DNA of 64,000 nucleotides, from NCBI RefSeq assembly GCF_009914755.1, contig NC_060933.1; one strand, 5' to 3'. Shown here piece after piece: positions 15,069 to 29,175 of this stretch. Within the stretch, counting starts at the first letter, position 1. Each line of letters starts with the position of its first letter. The stretch comes from the human T2T-CHM13v2.0 reference genome, Homo sapiens. Both the position numbers and the translations under genes were made by a program. A model generated the notes under the pieces. The model was not told the DNA's origin. It made no database searches and was given only the letters and a program-made list of their open reading frames with translations.

Positions 15069-15870
15069 TATTCTACTGCAAATCAGGCAACAGGAACATT
15101 TCTGAAGAAGAGGCACACAGGGTGGAGAGCCAGACAGGCTGACTGAGGATGTAAGGAGGAGGGGTGCAGGGAGGGATGGAAAAGAGAGAATGTATGTGTG
15201 TGCTGGGAGGGGCAGGGGAGGGCGGAGGGAGACAGGGAACACCGTTTAATTAGACCACATGTGCAGAGCAGCATCTGGCTCCAAGCGCAGCCGTTTACAC
15301 CGCTCCTGGAGTTGTCGTGGAGACAACCACATGACCAGCCTGGAGCCGAGACTCAGGGGCAGCAATCCAGATGCACCCCTAACATATTCTGACAGAGAGC
15401 AGATGGGCAGCTATTTGCAGGGCCAAAAAATGCCAACTCCGCTCCTCTCCAGACCTGTGTGCCCTCACTGATCATTTTCATCTTGTAAAGTCATTCTTAT
15501 CTGCCCTGGAACCACCCGTTCCTCTTGTGTAGGAAGCAGTATGAGGGCTGCTATTTTTGTAGTTCTCTGACCACCACAACTTTCGGCCTGTTCCTCTGGT
15601 GAGATGTCACCACCTATAATGAGGGGGTCCTCCAGGGCCAGGCTCCCCTGCTGGCTTCCCATCCCAGTCTCTTTCTCCACTAAAAGTCCCTAAATCTCCG
15701 TTTAGGCCCCATCTAAGAGATCCAGGCCTTGGAGCAACACTGCGCCCAGTATGGGGAGGACGCAGGCTTCGGTGGCTGAGCTTCTGCTCTGCTGGTATTG
15801 GCCATGGGTTTGCACTCAGCCTCTCCAAGCTCAGGGTTCCGCTCTGTAAAATGGGGTAACGTTTACTTTC

Positions 15871-16179
15871 TTTCTTTTTTTTTTTTTTTTTTTTTTTGAG
15901 ATGGAGTCTCGCTCTGTCTCCCAGGCTGGAGTGCAATGGTGTAATCTTGGCTGACCGCAACCTCTGCCTCCTGGGTTCAAGTAATTCTCCTGCCTCAGCC
16001 TCCTGAGTAGCTGGGATTACAGGCATGCACCACCATGCCGAGCTAATTTTTGTATTTTTAGTAGAGATGGGGTTTCACAATGTTAGTCAGGCTGGTCTCG
16101 AATTCCTGACATCAAGTGATCCACCCGCCTCGGCCTCCCAAAGTGTTGGGATTACAGGCGTGAGCCACCTTGCCCAGCC
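15871..16179 (-). mobile_element. AluSx/Sz-like, inserted in a MIR
   Basis: TSD gtaac(g/a)tttactttc at 15856-15870 and 16181-16195. Confidence 0.96.
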
Positions 16180-16298
16180 TGTAACATTTACTTTCACAGC
16201 ATTATTTTAAGGATCAAATAATTACAGAAGAACCCTGACAATTATAAAACTCTCTATAAACATCAGCTGTTATTACCGTGGCAGTTTTTGACTGGGAT

Positions 16299-16378
16299 AA
16301 AAATTTTTAAGCAAAAAGTTTAAAATTTTAAGCAAAAATTTTTAAGCAAAAAGCTCAAATATTTTAAGCAAAAAGCTC
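16299..16378. repeat. Irregular short tandem repeat, 4 x ttttaagcaaaaa
   Basis: Seen directly. Confidence 0.85.
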
Positions 16379-16504
16379 ATGCAGCGCAGTAGGAAAATGA
16401 GAAAATCCTAGGGTCTATATAAAGTGATGCTTTGTTACCCACATGTATGGCAAATGTCTCTCATTAATGCCTTTGATAAGGTGGGAAACTGTCTGGTGTT
16501 GGAG

Positions 16505-16700
16505 GATCAGGCTGGTTTTGAATTCTGGCTGTTAAGCTTAATAGCAGTGTGATGGTGAGCAAGTGACTTCAAACTCTCTAGAGCCTTGGTTTCTTCCTCT
16601 GTAAAATGGGAATCATTGTTCTTAGCTCCCATGAGCTTATTCCAGTTGTGAGAAGTAACTGGGGCAATGTATGTAAACTGCCTAGCATATACCTTCACCC
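16505..16700 (+). mobile_element. MIR
   Basis: gtttcttcctctgtaaaatggg core. Confidence 0.75.
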
Positions 16701-16775
16701 TGTTCCTTTAATGGAATAAAAAAAGGCTGAGGCTGAGGAAGAGGACAGTGAAAAGCATGGGTTCAGCCAGCCTAG

Positions 16776-17203
<428 letters not shown>

Positions 17204-17752
17204 TGTTGCGTGGTTTAAAAGAAACAACGAACATAAATAAGTTATTAATAGCATCCGATAAACGGTTATTATGATCCCCCTCTCCCTTACTGAAGAAATC
17301 CTCAACCACTTCAGGAAAAATCATACCTTTTCGGCAGGTCTAGCCTGGGGTAGATGCCACACTGTGTCGAGGGACAGAGTTGCATTTTTAGTGTTTGGAA
17401 AGAAAAGCAAAGTGTGGACACCCACTGAAGCGCGGGCTGCTCTGAGTGCACATTGGGACCCCATCCGAGGCCCCCCTGGCCTGCTGCCTGAGTGGTCCAG
17501 GTGCAGGCAGAGGCTTATTTATAAAGCACTGTGGGGGTTCCCGCTGCTGCACACTCGCCTGCCATCGCAGGTGTGGGGAAGGCCTGGCTAAAAATATTGC
17601 TAACGTGGGCTTCGTGTCGCCCAACAGAGACTAATGATTGTTTTAAGTAAATATTAATTATAAGAGTTGCCCAGATAGAATGCCAGAGTGGCATGCATAC
17701 TCCTCCATATACGTATGTAGGTGAGGTGATCATCTGGGGGGACAGCTTCTTA

Positions 17753-18079
<327 letters not shown>

Positions 18080-18574
18080 AAATGTTCGGGAGATTCCTGG
18101 TTACAATATTTGGTAAGTGTCTTAATATTGAGATACAGGGATTTCCGTATATGAGAGATGATCTCCTCCAGCTGAAAAAGGGGTCACGATGGTGTGGAGA
18201 ACCCAGATTTGGTTTAAGGCCCAGCAGGCTGGGCTGACTGATCTTGGGCAAGTGTCTACCCAAGAGCCTGGATGTGGGAGTCTCCAGCCTTCCATGGTGT
18301 TCTAGTTCTAGCACTTCCTAGCTGTGTCTTCCTGAGCATGCTCCTTCCCTGTGAGTTTCAGCTTCTGTACCTGTGTTTTGGAACCCAACATTTGTTGGTC
18401 ACCTGATCAGTGGTTCCTACAGCCAGCAGCACATAGAGATTCCCCTAGGAGGTTCTTTTCAATGCCCGTTCCTGGGCCATGGGTTAGACCTTCACAAAGT
18501 TGCTCAGATGATTCTAACGCATTTGGGAACGAGGTGTGGGAGGCGGTAGTGGTGGTGGTCTAGTAGTACAAGGG

Positions 18575-18780
18575 TAACAGACACTTGTATGCTCTTACCA
18601 TGTGCCAGGTACCCTTCTAGGTGTTTTACATGTATTCACTCATTTAATTCTCGTAACCACCCATGAGTTAGATATTGTTGCTGTGTCCACTTTACAATTG
18701 GGAAACTGAGCCACATAACTTCTCTAGATTCACATGGGCAGGATTTAAACCGAGGTGGTCATGCTTGGTTCCGTGCCTGA
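18575..18780 (-). mobile_element. MIR
   Basis: ccatgtgccagg...ctcatttaattctc...ggaaactgag. Confidence 0.8.
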
Positions 18781-19132
18781 CCCAGACGGTAGCATAAGAG
18801 GGCGGTGGCTCTACTTCTCTTCCTCATGGCTGCATCCCCAATGCCCCAGATAGAACCTTCCAGGGTAGGTGGTCAATATGTCAATGAAACCATTAGGCCC
18901 CTTGGCACAGGCTCTATCTTACTACATCCCAAGGAAGCTGGTCTCACTACTCTCCATTTTCAGATGAAGAAACTGAGGGCAGGGTATTCCATGAGCAGCT
19001 GAAGGTCATTTCAATAGTGAGTGAAGAGACTGGAATTTGAGGCCAAGCCTGGCTTGCTCCTTTATCTCCTGCTGCAACCTAATGGGACGTGAGAGCAAAT
19101 TCCTGCTCCAGAAGATGGGTGTAGATTAAATA

Positions 19133-19648
19133 TGCCAGGTACAGTGGCTCACGCCTGTGATCCCAGTGCGTTGGGAGGCCAAGGCAAGATTGCTTTGGGC
19201 CAAGGCGGGAGAATTGCTTTAAGCCAGGAGTTTGAGACCAACCTGGGCAACAGAGTGAGATCCCATCTCTATAAATTTTTTTTTTTTTTTTAATTAGCTG
19301 GGTGTGATAGCATGCCCCTGTAGTTCCAGCTACTTGGGAGGCTGAGGCAGGGTATCACTTGAGCCCGTGAGGTTAAGGCTGCAGTGAGCTGTGATCATGC
19401 CACTGCACTCCACCAGCCTGGGTGACGTAACATGGACACAGTGAGGGGAACAACACACTCTGGGGCCTGTCGGGGGAGGGTGGTGGCTGGGGGATAGCAT
19501 TAGGGAAAAGAGCCAATGCATGCTGGGCTTAATACCTAGGTGATGTGTTGAAAGGTGCAGCAAACCACCATGGCACACGTTTACCTATGTAACAAACACA
19601 TCCTGTACATGTACCGTGGAACTTAAAAAAAAATAATTAAAAAAAAAA
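19133..19648 (+). mobile_element. AluJ (19133-~19426, no tail) fused to an old L1PA 3' end (~19427-19648)
   Basis: Alu stops at cctgggtgac, then catggacacagtgaggggaacaacacac L1 3' UTR and poly(A); agattaaat flanks the whole unit. Confidence 0.9.
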
Positions 19649-20484
19649 AGATTAAATGCACACGAGTGCCTCCCCCCTCCCTCCAGCCCCTTTTAAATGA
19701 AATTGCTTTCCAAATCCTGCTCGGGGACTGCCTCAGTTTCTCCCAAGGTTGTTAACTTCAAAGGCAAGGGTGCTCAATGGTATTTGTTGATAGAACGTGA
19801 ACACATGAATTGAGATGATGGCTCCACGTGGTTCTTGGAAAAGTGCAAGTTCTCAGAGGGGTCTGTTCATCCCTGGGCTCTTCACTGGGACATGTGGAAA
19901 ATACCAGTCCTAGGCAAGGCCAAGGCATTTGCTGGTCAGGGTCCCAGATTCTGAGTTTCTAGAACCTGGATTTATGATCTCCTAATCCCCGTGTCCCTTC
20001 TGAGATAGGCAATGCCGAGAAAAGAGGGTTGGGACTGCATCTGGACAAGTAGGACCTGACACGGACTGAACCCAGATAACCAAACTCAACTGTGCTCTGC
20101 AGAAATCCACCATGAGAATCCCAACCTCCCTTGTTCCAGTCACATTATTAAGTCTTCAAAAGGCTTTTGGCGGTTGTTAGGGGAATAAGCGTCCAGGGCA
20201 TAGGGCCGAAGTCTGTGCCTGGGGGCACCATGGTAGCTGTCACTCCCAGCCATTTCCCTGCCCGAGGCTAGCCTGTGAAATAACAGCAGTCTGGTTCCTG
20301 GGAAATGGTGGCCATTCCCAACACTGGCTAGCAGGTGTCTCATTTTGGGAAGACTGAATTGCCATGAGTTTCCCTCCCTCCTTTCCAATAACCAAAATAG
20401 CAGTGAACATTTACTGAGTGCCTGCTACTCACGTTCAAACAGTATTTACTCTAGTTACTGATAGACATGCTGAATGGTTTACGG

Positions 20485-20690
20485 TAAAGTGTACTGATGT
20501 CTGTGACTTACTCAGAAATGCAAGAAAAATGAGATGCATTGATAGATGCACAGATGGACAGATATGGGATAAAGGAAGTCTAGTAAAATGTTAATGGTAC
20601 AACCTAGATGGTAGGTATGCAGGTATTCACCATAAAATTCTTTCCACTTTTCGGTATGTTTGTAAATTTTTATAATAAAATGTTGGGGAA
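20485..20690 (+). mobile_element. L1ME-type 3' end
   Basis: aaaatgttaatggta...ttcactataaaattc-like segment...ataataaaatgttgggg. Confidence 0.7.
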
Positions 20691-22139
20691 GATCCACAAG
20701 GGGACATGAAGAGCCAGAACCTCAAGGGATGCGAGTGGTAGCTGACTGTGTTATTCCACAACTGACACCAAATGAGACTTCGTGTTAATCCAGTTTACTG
20801 CTGATGCACTGACAGGGAGGTATTAAAAGTGAGTGATAAATGAAAACCAAACTATTTATTGTACACCTATTACAGGCTAGGCACTGCTTAAGCACCAGAA
20901 TGGTAATGAATAAACCAGCCAAGGTCTCTCCTCTCAGAGAGGGTGGGGAGGTCACATAAACAAGGAAATAAATATGTGACAGGCATGGTAAGGCATCTAC
21001 CATCTTTTCACAGATCTGGAAATAATGCTCTGAAAAGCCAGGCAACTTGCCCAAGTCCTCATGACAAGCAGTTGGGGCCAGGTTCACGTGAGACATGTCT
21101 GAGTCTAAAGTCTGGGTTCTTTCCTCTGTCACCTGCCACCTTTCAAAAGGTCACCAACATGATCGCCTCTCATTTGCTCTTGATGAGAGGAGCTACAAGG
21201 AAACTGACATCCCAGGATCACTCCTGAACTCCATTATAGCCATGCTTTTCAGCCCTGCTTCTCATCAGACTGTCTTAGAAAGCTGGGAAATGGATGGCTG
21301 CTGTTGAAATTCTTTTCATTTGGGAAACCTTTCGGCTTTTCAGGTGGCTTCCCAATCACTACCTCATTTAACCTGCACACAGCCCTGAAAGATAGCCTGG
21401 AATTCCTGTAGTTTTCAGCCCGTTTGACCTGTGAGGTCTGAAGTGACAGGTTGTTTGCCCAGCCCTCTGCTCCCCTCTGTCCCACGGCTACTGAAACACG
21501 TAGGGACTGGTTAGTTGGGCGGAAAGAGAAGTGGCCCCAAGAGAGCATCTGGATGCCAGAGTTTTGACTAGATAGTGCCATGCCTTTCCCTGTCTGCCCA
21601 CTTGGCCTGTCTGCCCCTGCAGGACCCCAAACGCCTTTTGGCAAAAACCCCCTACAAGGATCAAACGAATCTTCCACTTGCTTTGGTGGTATTACACATT
21701 GGGAGCCTCTTGCTTCTTGCTTCCTTTAGACGCTAACTGCAGGGTGATTTGTGGTTCTGGCCAGGGGACTGTCAAAAGACCATTCCAAGAAACTCAGAAA
21801 AGAGCTTTCATTTAGTCATGATGAATGGGGAAGGCAAATGTCAGCTGAATTCATTTAACTAGCAACATATTCCCTAGTGTCAGGGCAGACTCCCCTACCG
21901 AAGTAGGAGCTGATAATCTGAGGTACTCATGAACAAGGTTGTTTTGGGAGAAATACAAAATAACAGACCTTCTGCCAATGGGCTATTTTACTTTCTAAAT
22001 GTTCTTATCCCCTGAGCCCTCCATCTGACTCTGTGAGGGTTCCCAGGCCTCCCCATCTTCTGCCTGGACAGCGGCAATTGCCTCCTCCCAGGGCCCCTGC
22101 TTCCAGACTCTCTCCACCCAACCCTGTGTCTCGACACTC

Positions 22140-22703
22140 CCGAGAGACCTCCTCAAGGCACCACTCTGGACATGTGCTCACGCCACACCTGCGGAAGCCC
22201 GGCACTGCCCTTGTGAGAGGCTTCAAGGCTCTTCTTAGCTTAGCGTGCCAGCCCCCCAAGGCCCCTCCAGCCACACCTCTTGACATTAGCCCTGCAAACC
22301 AGAAGTCTCAATCATTGCTACAGGCCTGGAGCTTCCCATACGCTGTGCTTTCAAACCTCTTTGCTTTTGCTCACGGTATTCCCTCTGCTTAGAATAGAAT
22401 GCCTCTTCCTCCATTCTTTGTTAGGCTAACATCTCATCTTACAAGCCATGCTCAGGTGCCATAGTTCCAGGAAGCTGTCCCTGCCCCCATAGCCATCCCT
22501 CTTGGGGTCTTCCTCTGGGGTCCCATAGCACTCTAAGCTTACCTCTATCCTATTAAATAAAAGTCACCTGCTTATCCGCCAGCCTCCCCCTTGAGGATGT
22601 GAACTCTCTACAGATAGGGAGGGAACTGTCTTCATGACCTTACCAAGCATACAGCCTGGCACACAATGGCACACTGAACACACGTGTGTCGAATGAATGA
22701 ATA
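22140..22703 (+). mobile_element. L2 3' portion
   Basis: ttttgctcacggtattccctctgc, ccaggaagc, acagcctggcacac...gaatgaatgaata terminus. Confidence 0.75.
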
Positions 22704-23638
22704 CGCTACACTCTTGTATGGGAGTGAGTCCCATGAAATGAAGCTGCTTTCCGAAAAGTAAAAGGATACCAAGATAGTTTCAAACAGACATACACTGTCC
22801 CAGAATTCTTCCTGAAGCAGACGGCGTCACAGCAAGGCTGCAATTATAGACATGCGCACACATTGTTTAAAAAAATTCATAGAATGCACTTCACACTGAC
22901 TTTTTTTTTCTTATTGGAAACCTGTTTACAATCTTGTCCACTGTCAGTCTTAAATGTCACTTTTCAGAAAGCTGGCTGCTGCCAGCAGAAATTTATTTTC
23001 AACTTGAATCACAGCATGTTCATGCAGAGAAGCGCCTCTTTTGAATCTCCAAATTGGAGGGAATTCAGGGAAGAGAAAGTGAGGTGATTAGAATCTGCAG
23101 AGGCCGACTCAGGAAGAAAAATTATGAGGCTAAAATATGCATGTGTGAGCTAAACAGCAGCTATTAGTTGGTGGAGGTGGCAATGGTGGGGATGGCAACT
23201 ACCTAGAAACCTACCAGGACAGTGAGGCTGCATAGCAACACGTGGAAACAAGGAAGCGGGAGCGGGAGGAAGAAACAGTGAGGGAAGCCCAGGCACCAGG
23301 AAGGACGCGTGCATTTACAGACGGCCCTCCTGTGCCAGGTGCTGCCGAAGAGGCCGTCCTTCACTCAGCCTTTGCCCAGCAGCTATCATTATTCCTATTT
23401 TAAAGGTGAGGAAACTGAGGTTCTGAGAGATTAAGAAACCCAAATAAGGAGTGGTGGGGTCAGGTCCTACCAGCCACCTGCCATCAGCTAGTCACTAAGT
23501 AGAGGTCTGCAGTAGGCATCATTGCCCCTGCTATTTACAGGTGGGGTGATCAGGGAAGACTTCCTGGAGGGGGAACACTTGAGCTGAATTTGATTATGCT
23601 TCTTTATGCCTATTCAGAAAAGGGGTGTCAGCTTTTAG

Positions 23639-24298
<660 letters not shown>

Positions 24299-24444
24299 TA
24301 ACACAAACACACACATGGTCAAATCAAATACCTCTTGCCTATCATTCCCTTGGCCTGGCAAACATGGACTCAGGACCCAACTCAAAGGTCTCTGCCTATG
24401 GGAAGCCTTTCCCAAATTTGTGAGGAAGGGTGGCTGTTTTTGCC

Positions 24445-25040
24445 TTTCATTCACTGATTCAGTGAGTAGTTGTTGAGAGCCTACTGGGTATCAGCCCCTG
24501 GAGCTATCACAGTCAGCTACCTGAGGATAGTCAAGCAGCCCCATAAAGGAACAATTACCCCCTGGGACAATGGCCTTGAAGCAGAGGTTCCTGCTGTGCA
24601 GAGAACAAAGAACAAGGTCCCAAGAAGACACCTGGAGGCTGCAGAAAGCATTCCTGGGAAAGTAACCTGTGTGCTCAGAGGGGAAGGTGGGCAGAAGCCC
24701 CAGGCCTCTGTGGGATGGAGGAGTGCCAGGGGAAATGAGAGAGGCTGGAACAGGACAGCAGAGGGGGAGGGGCTCCAACCAAGCCTGGGCATGGATCATG
24801 CAGGTCTTTTTAGGTCATGTTGTCCTAAAGCAACAGGGAACCCTAAAATTTGGGTGGCTGGGGGAAGGGAGTGTAGATATTTGCACTTCAAGAGGATCAT
24901 TCTGATCTCAGTGAGGCCAGTGATCTGCCAAGGAAGCACTGTGTCCACTGAGGCAGCTGCCAGGCAGGAATGGAAAGGGAGGAATTCAAGAGAGGCTTTA
25001 GGAGACAAGAGTTGACTTGGATGCAAGAGTTGATGGATCT
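24445..25040 (-). mobile_element. L2 fragment
   Basis: tcattcact...ttgagagcctact start; agcattcctggg; ttgcacttcaagaggatcattctg. Confidence 0.65.
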
Positions 25041-27503
25041 AGCCGACTGACCACCTCCCCCTACTACACTGAGTGCTTTGGAGAGGCAAGTAGGACCAGG
25101 TAGTACTCGCCAGGGTCTCCTCCTTCCTAAGAGTCCAGCAGAGGCCCCATGCAGGGACTATGTTTTCAGTACCTTGGAATCCCTACCCCAAGAGCAGGGG
25201 CTGGCATGCCGATGGTGGTCCAGAGATGCTGGGGGGCCATGCCGCCGCTGCTGCTCCAGTCCTCCCTTGGCTGCCAGATGACCCCCACCATGGCAGCCTC
25301 CAGGAACTCAGGAGACAAATCCCAAGCAGAGCAAAGCCTGGGTCTTGCAGGCCAGCCTCTGTGTGCAGACAGTCTCTATCCAGAACACACAGGCTTCCCA
25401 GGCCTAGCACTTGCTGGGTTCCCCAGCTCTGGGCTGACCAGACGCATGCACACACCAAGTCTGCCAGGGTCTGTTCCGGGTTCCATGTGTGGTGACTGAT
25501 GTCTTGTGATGGATAGCTTCTGAGGGACAGTGTGTCCTGGGGTGGCTCCGGCTCTGCAGTGGGACAGGCTGGGCTGAGACTCCTGGCTCTGTCGCTCATT
25601 ATCCATGTGACTGTGGGGAAGTCTTTAGCTCCCCAAGTCACAGGTCAGTTCGTTTGTAAGATGGGGATAATTCCATCTACCTCCCAGAGTTGCTGCGAGG
25701 CACAGACAGATTTCACATAAAGTACCTGCCCCAAGGCCAGATGTGTAAGAGAGACTCAGTTGTGGGTTGTTGTTCTTTGTTTGAGACACAGCTTAGTTTT
25801 TTTTGTGTTTTTTTAAAAATGATTTTTAGTCTCCTAGGACTTGTAGCAAACGGGTTAGTGTCTCCTGGTCATCGGAGCCATGCCATACATGCTATTAAAT
25901 ATTACATCAATTCATCTAACAATCTGTCTAAATCTGGTCAGAGGGACTTGGTTCTGTCTGAGCAGCTCTGGTGTTTTAGAAACCTGTGCTCCTATCCTGA
26001 AAGTTTCTCATTCAGAATCCTAGCAGCCATGGTGGGAAACTCTTGTCTTTCTGTTCTAAGCCATTTAGTATATTATCTTCTATCTAGCAGGACACAAGGT
26101 GAAGGAGACAGAGCTGGGTTTTTGCAGACACAAAGATCTGGGTTTAATCGCACCTCTAACACTGAGCAACTAGACAGCCTAGCGCAGACCTCTCGATTGG
26201 GGCAAAGGGCTGTGGTGAGGACTTTGCCCTTGAATCTCAGTGTTCAGAGAGTAAGCCGCCCAGAGATTCTTCCAGACAGCCCTCTGGTACTGTCCCTCCC
26301 CTGCTTAAATCCTTCAATGGTTATCATGCCTTTAGCATGGCTGTCCCTCCATTCATCAACATGTACTGACCTGCTATGTACTGGGTGCTTTGTGAGGTAC
26401 TGGGGAGGGTGCAGCGGATAGGAAGTCCAGGGTCTTTCCCCTGCATTTAGGACCCTGCCCCGGCCCCTGCCTGTCCTTCCTGCCTTGTTGCCCCTTGCTC
26501 CGCACCCCATAGTGCACCTTCTAGCCACACTGAGTGCTTGCAGGTCTACGAATGCACAAGGCATTCAGTTCTCCCCTGAGCCTCTGCTCCTGTTCCTTCT
26601 GTTGTTACTCACATAGTCCTGTTTCCTCCTAACCTCACCGTGTCCTGCAGTGACTTCACTGTGGCCCTCAGTACAGTCTGGCATGCAAGGGAGCTTCTGG
26701 GCAACAGTGGGGTGCACACTGGCCATGGAGCCCAGCAGACCTGATCCCACTCTCCTCACACCCTCCCTAGCTGTGGCACCTGGGGCAAGTGACATCCTCC
26801 CTCTGCGCCCCCTCCCCTCTTCTGTAACATGGAGGTAGTAACATCTGCCTCAAAGTTTTATTTCGAGGGCTACAGGCGACCTGATGTAGGGAAGTGGTGA
26901 GTGGTAGCCACTATAATTGTCTGTGTAGTTTCTAGCCTGTCACTCTTCCTAGACTGTGCACTCCCTCAGGGCAGGAGCTGCACTTCTGCTGCCTCAGGAT
27001 CCCCAGTGTTGGGGGAGCAGAGCCTGGCGTGCATGCATGAAATGAGCATGTGTGAGGTCTTGGGGAAACATGTCTCTTGAAATCAGAAGGCTTTTTGGCT
27101 TTGAAAGAGTTAAAATCTGCTCGTGATTATAAACAAGCTCCATTTCAGCTCCGCACTATCACTAGGTGTGAGTCACAAGGCTTAGCAGGTGTGGGCAATA
27201 ATTAAAGGCTTCAGCAATCTACCTGGGCAAGGTATTTTTGCCTCTTATTCCAAAGAGGAAACTCTCTCTATGGAGAGCAGAGGAGCTCATTAATGAGAGT
27301 AATTAGGTGTAAAGGGGGTAGGGGCTGGCATCAGCTGCAGCTTGGAGGAGCTAATCATTAAGCTCTGTAATCTCCTCCGCTGAACACCAGCAGATCAGGT
27401 TCGGGGCTGCGAGCAGGGCTCCCCCACCTGAGTACCTGACCATGGGCTTTGGAGAGGCTGAAAGACCTTACCTCTCCCCCTGCCAGGTTCCACCAGGGGA
27501 CAC

Positions 27504-27535
27504 CGTGTGTGTGTGTGCGCGTACACACACGCGCG

Positions 27536-27568
<33 letters not shown>

Positions 27569-27571
27569 GCA
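27504..27571. repeat. Compound (TG)n/(CG)n/(CA)n alternating purine-pyrimidine microsatellite
   Basis: Seen directly. Confidence 0.95.
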
Positions 27572-28689
27572 GTGTGGGGTCAGCTGCCGGGGAAAGAAGC
27601 CTGAGCATCCAAGAAGACGCTTTGCTCTCAGTTTGCACTCACCTTTGAGGAGCATGTGCTGGTTTTACAAAGTTTCCTGGATATAAGGAATGGATCAAAG
27701 ACTCTGTTTTTGGCCTCCACATGCGGAGGCTAAACTCTCATGCCTAGGCTTCTGGATTTTCTAGCCATTGCTAACATTTAGCTAGCACTGCAGCAGATTT
27801 CATTTTCTGAATCCATCTCCCTGGCCCATGGGCTCTGTGACTTGGGAACAAGGGGTTGATTCCCCTGGATCTTCAGTGGCTGGCATACCCCGGGTGCCAT
27901 AGATCACTGGCTGCATGGTGGGGTGCATGGGAGCAGGTGGGAAGAGAAGAGATCGATGGATTTTGGCATTGTCACTTTTCTCAGTTCTGTGGCTTTGGCC
28001 AAGTCACAACCTCTCTGAGCCCTAATTTCCTCCTCTGTAAAAGAAGCTCAATCATAAATACGTTTAAAATTTCAGTAAAAATGGGGAGAGGCTGAATGTC
28101 AGGCAAGTGGGCAGGTAAATCCAATGAAGGCCCCACCCTGAACTTGAGCTAGTCAGAGGGCAACGTGTCCCAGGTCAAGGCTACAGGAACAGAGACTCGC
28201 CCCCGGAACACTGTGCTCTTAGATGCCAGCGCTGTGGGGCATCTCTGCACTGTTCACAGACAGCGTCACCTTGGCTCTGGGCTCTGCCGCCAGCCCCAGA
28301 GCTGCTAGCCCAGCCCTGGAATCTTTCTGCCTCAGCTTGATACACACCGAGACTTCTGGGAGGCCAGGAAGGAAGCAGCTGGCTCCTGCATCCCCCATGA
28401 GTCCCACTCCCTAAAGCACCCCTTTGATCTTCTAACCTGTAGCCATGGCCAACAGGAGCCTCTTGGAAAGTTGGCACCAACTAAACGGCATGTGTCCAGC
28501 CAGCAAGCCTTGAGCATGAGTGTGCTGGCATCATCTTCCTTGTCCTTAGAGCCCAGTGCTGGTGCAAGCACCTTGGTGAAACCATCCCTGATATCCAACT
28601 CCTCACCCCCACCTCATATGTTAGTTCCCATACCTTCCATGGTCCCCCAACCTTCTGGGCACCCTCCACCCTCCTATTGACCACACATT

Positions 28690-29175
28690 TGCCTCTTACA
28701 CTCCTCTGGGAATAGGTAATAAAACTCTCTTTTCCCATTGGGACTGATCCTGCCAACCCCCTGCCCAGCCACAGGGGTGGGCATGCGACCCTGGGAGCCG
28801 ACTGGAGGACTCCATCCTCTGGTCACACCAATGAGTTTAGGGTAGCCCAGAAGTGATCGACACTAACTTGAGCAGTCTCCACTGAGAGTTGCTGCACAGA
28901 CACTGGAGTTGAGAGGGACTCACTTCAAGCTAGAAGGACCATAGAGGCCCCCATATTTCTATAGCAAAGCAAGAGAATGTTTGAAAATAAAACAGATAAT
29001 GAAAAGCAAAGCCAAACAGAGGTCACTGAGAGTCTAGACATCATTTGAGCTCCTGGATCCAGCCATGCTGGTAGCAAGACAAGTCCGGGATGTCTCAGTT
29101 ATATAAGCCAAGAAATTCTCCCTCCTATCCTCTTTGCTCAAGTTCGTTTAAGTTGGGCTTCTACCATCTACAATC
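28690..29175 (+). mobile_element. Old ERVL/MaLR-type solo LTR (LTR16/LTR33/MLT1-like)
   Basis: catttgagctcctggatccagccatg...cagttatataagccaa...gttgggcttct motif set. Confidence 0.6.

Noticed and set aside
25690-26421. Longest ORF in the track (243 aa)
   Set aside because: Non-ATG start, runs through MIR/L2-like remnants and T-rich sequence, and has no recognisable domain or splice architecture.
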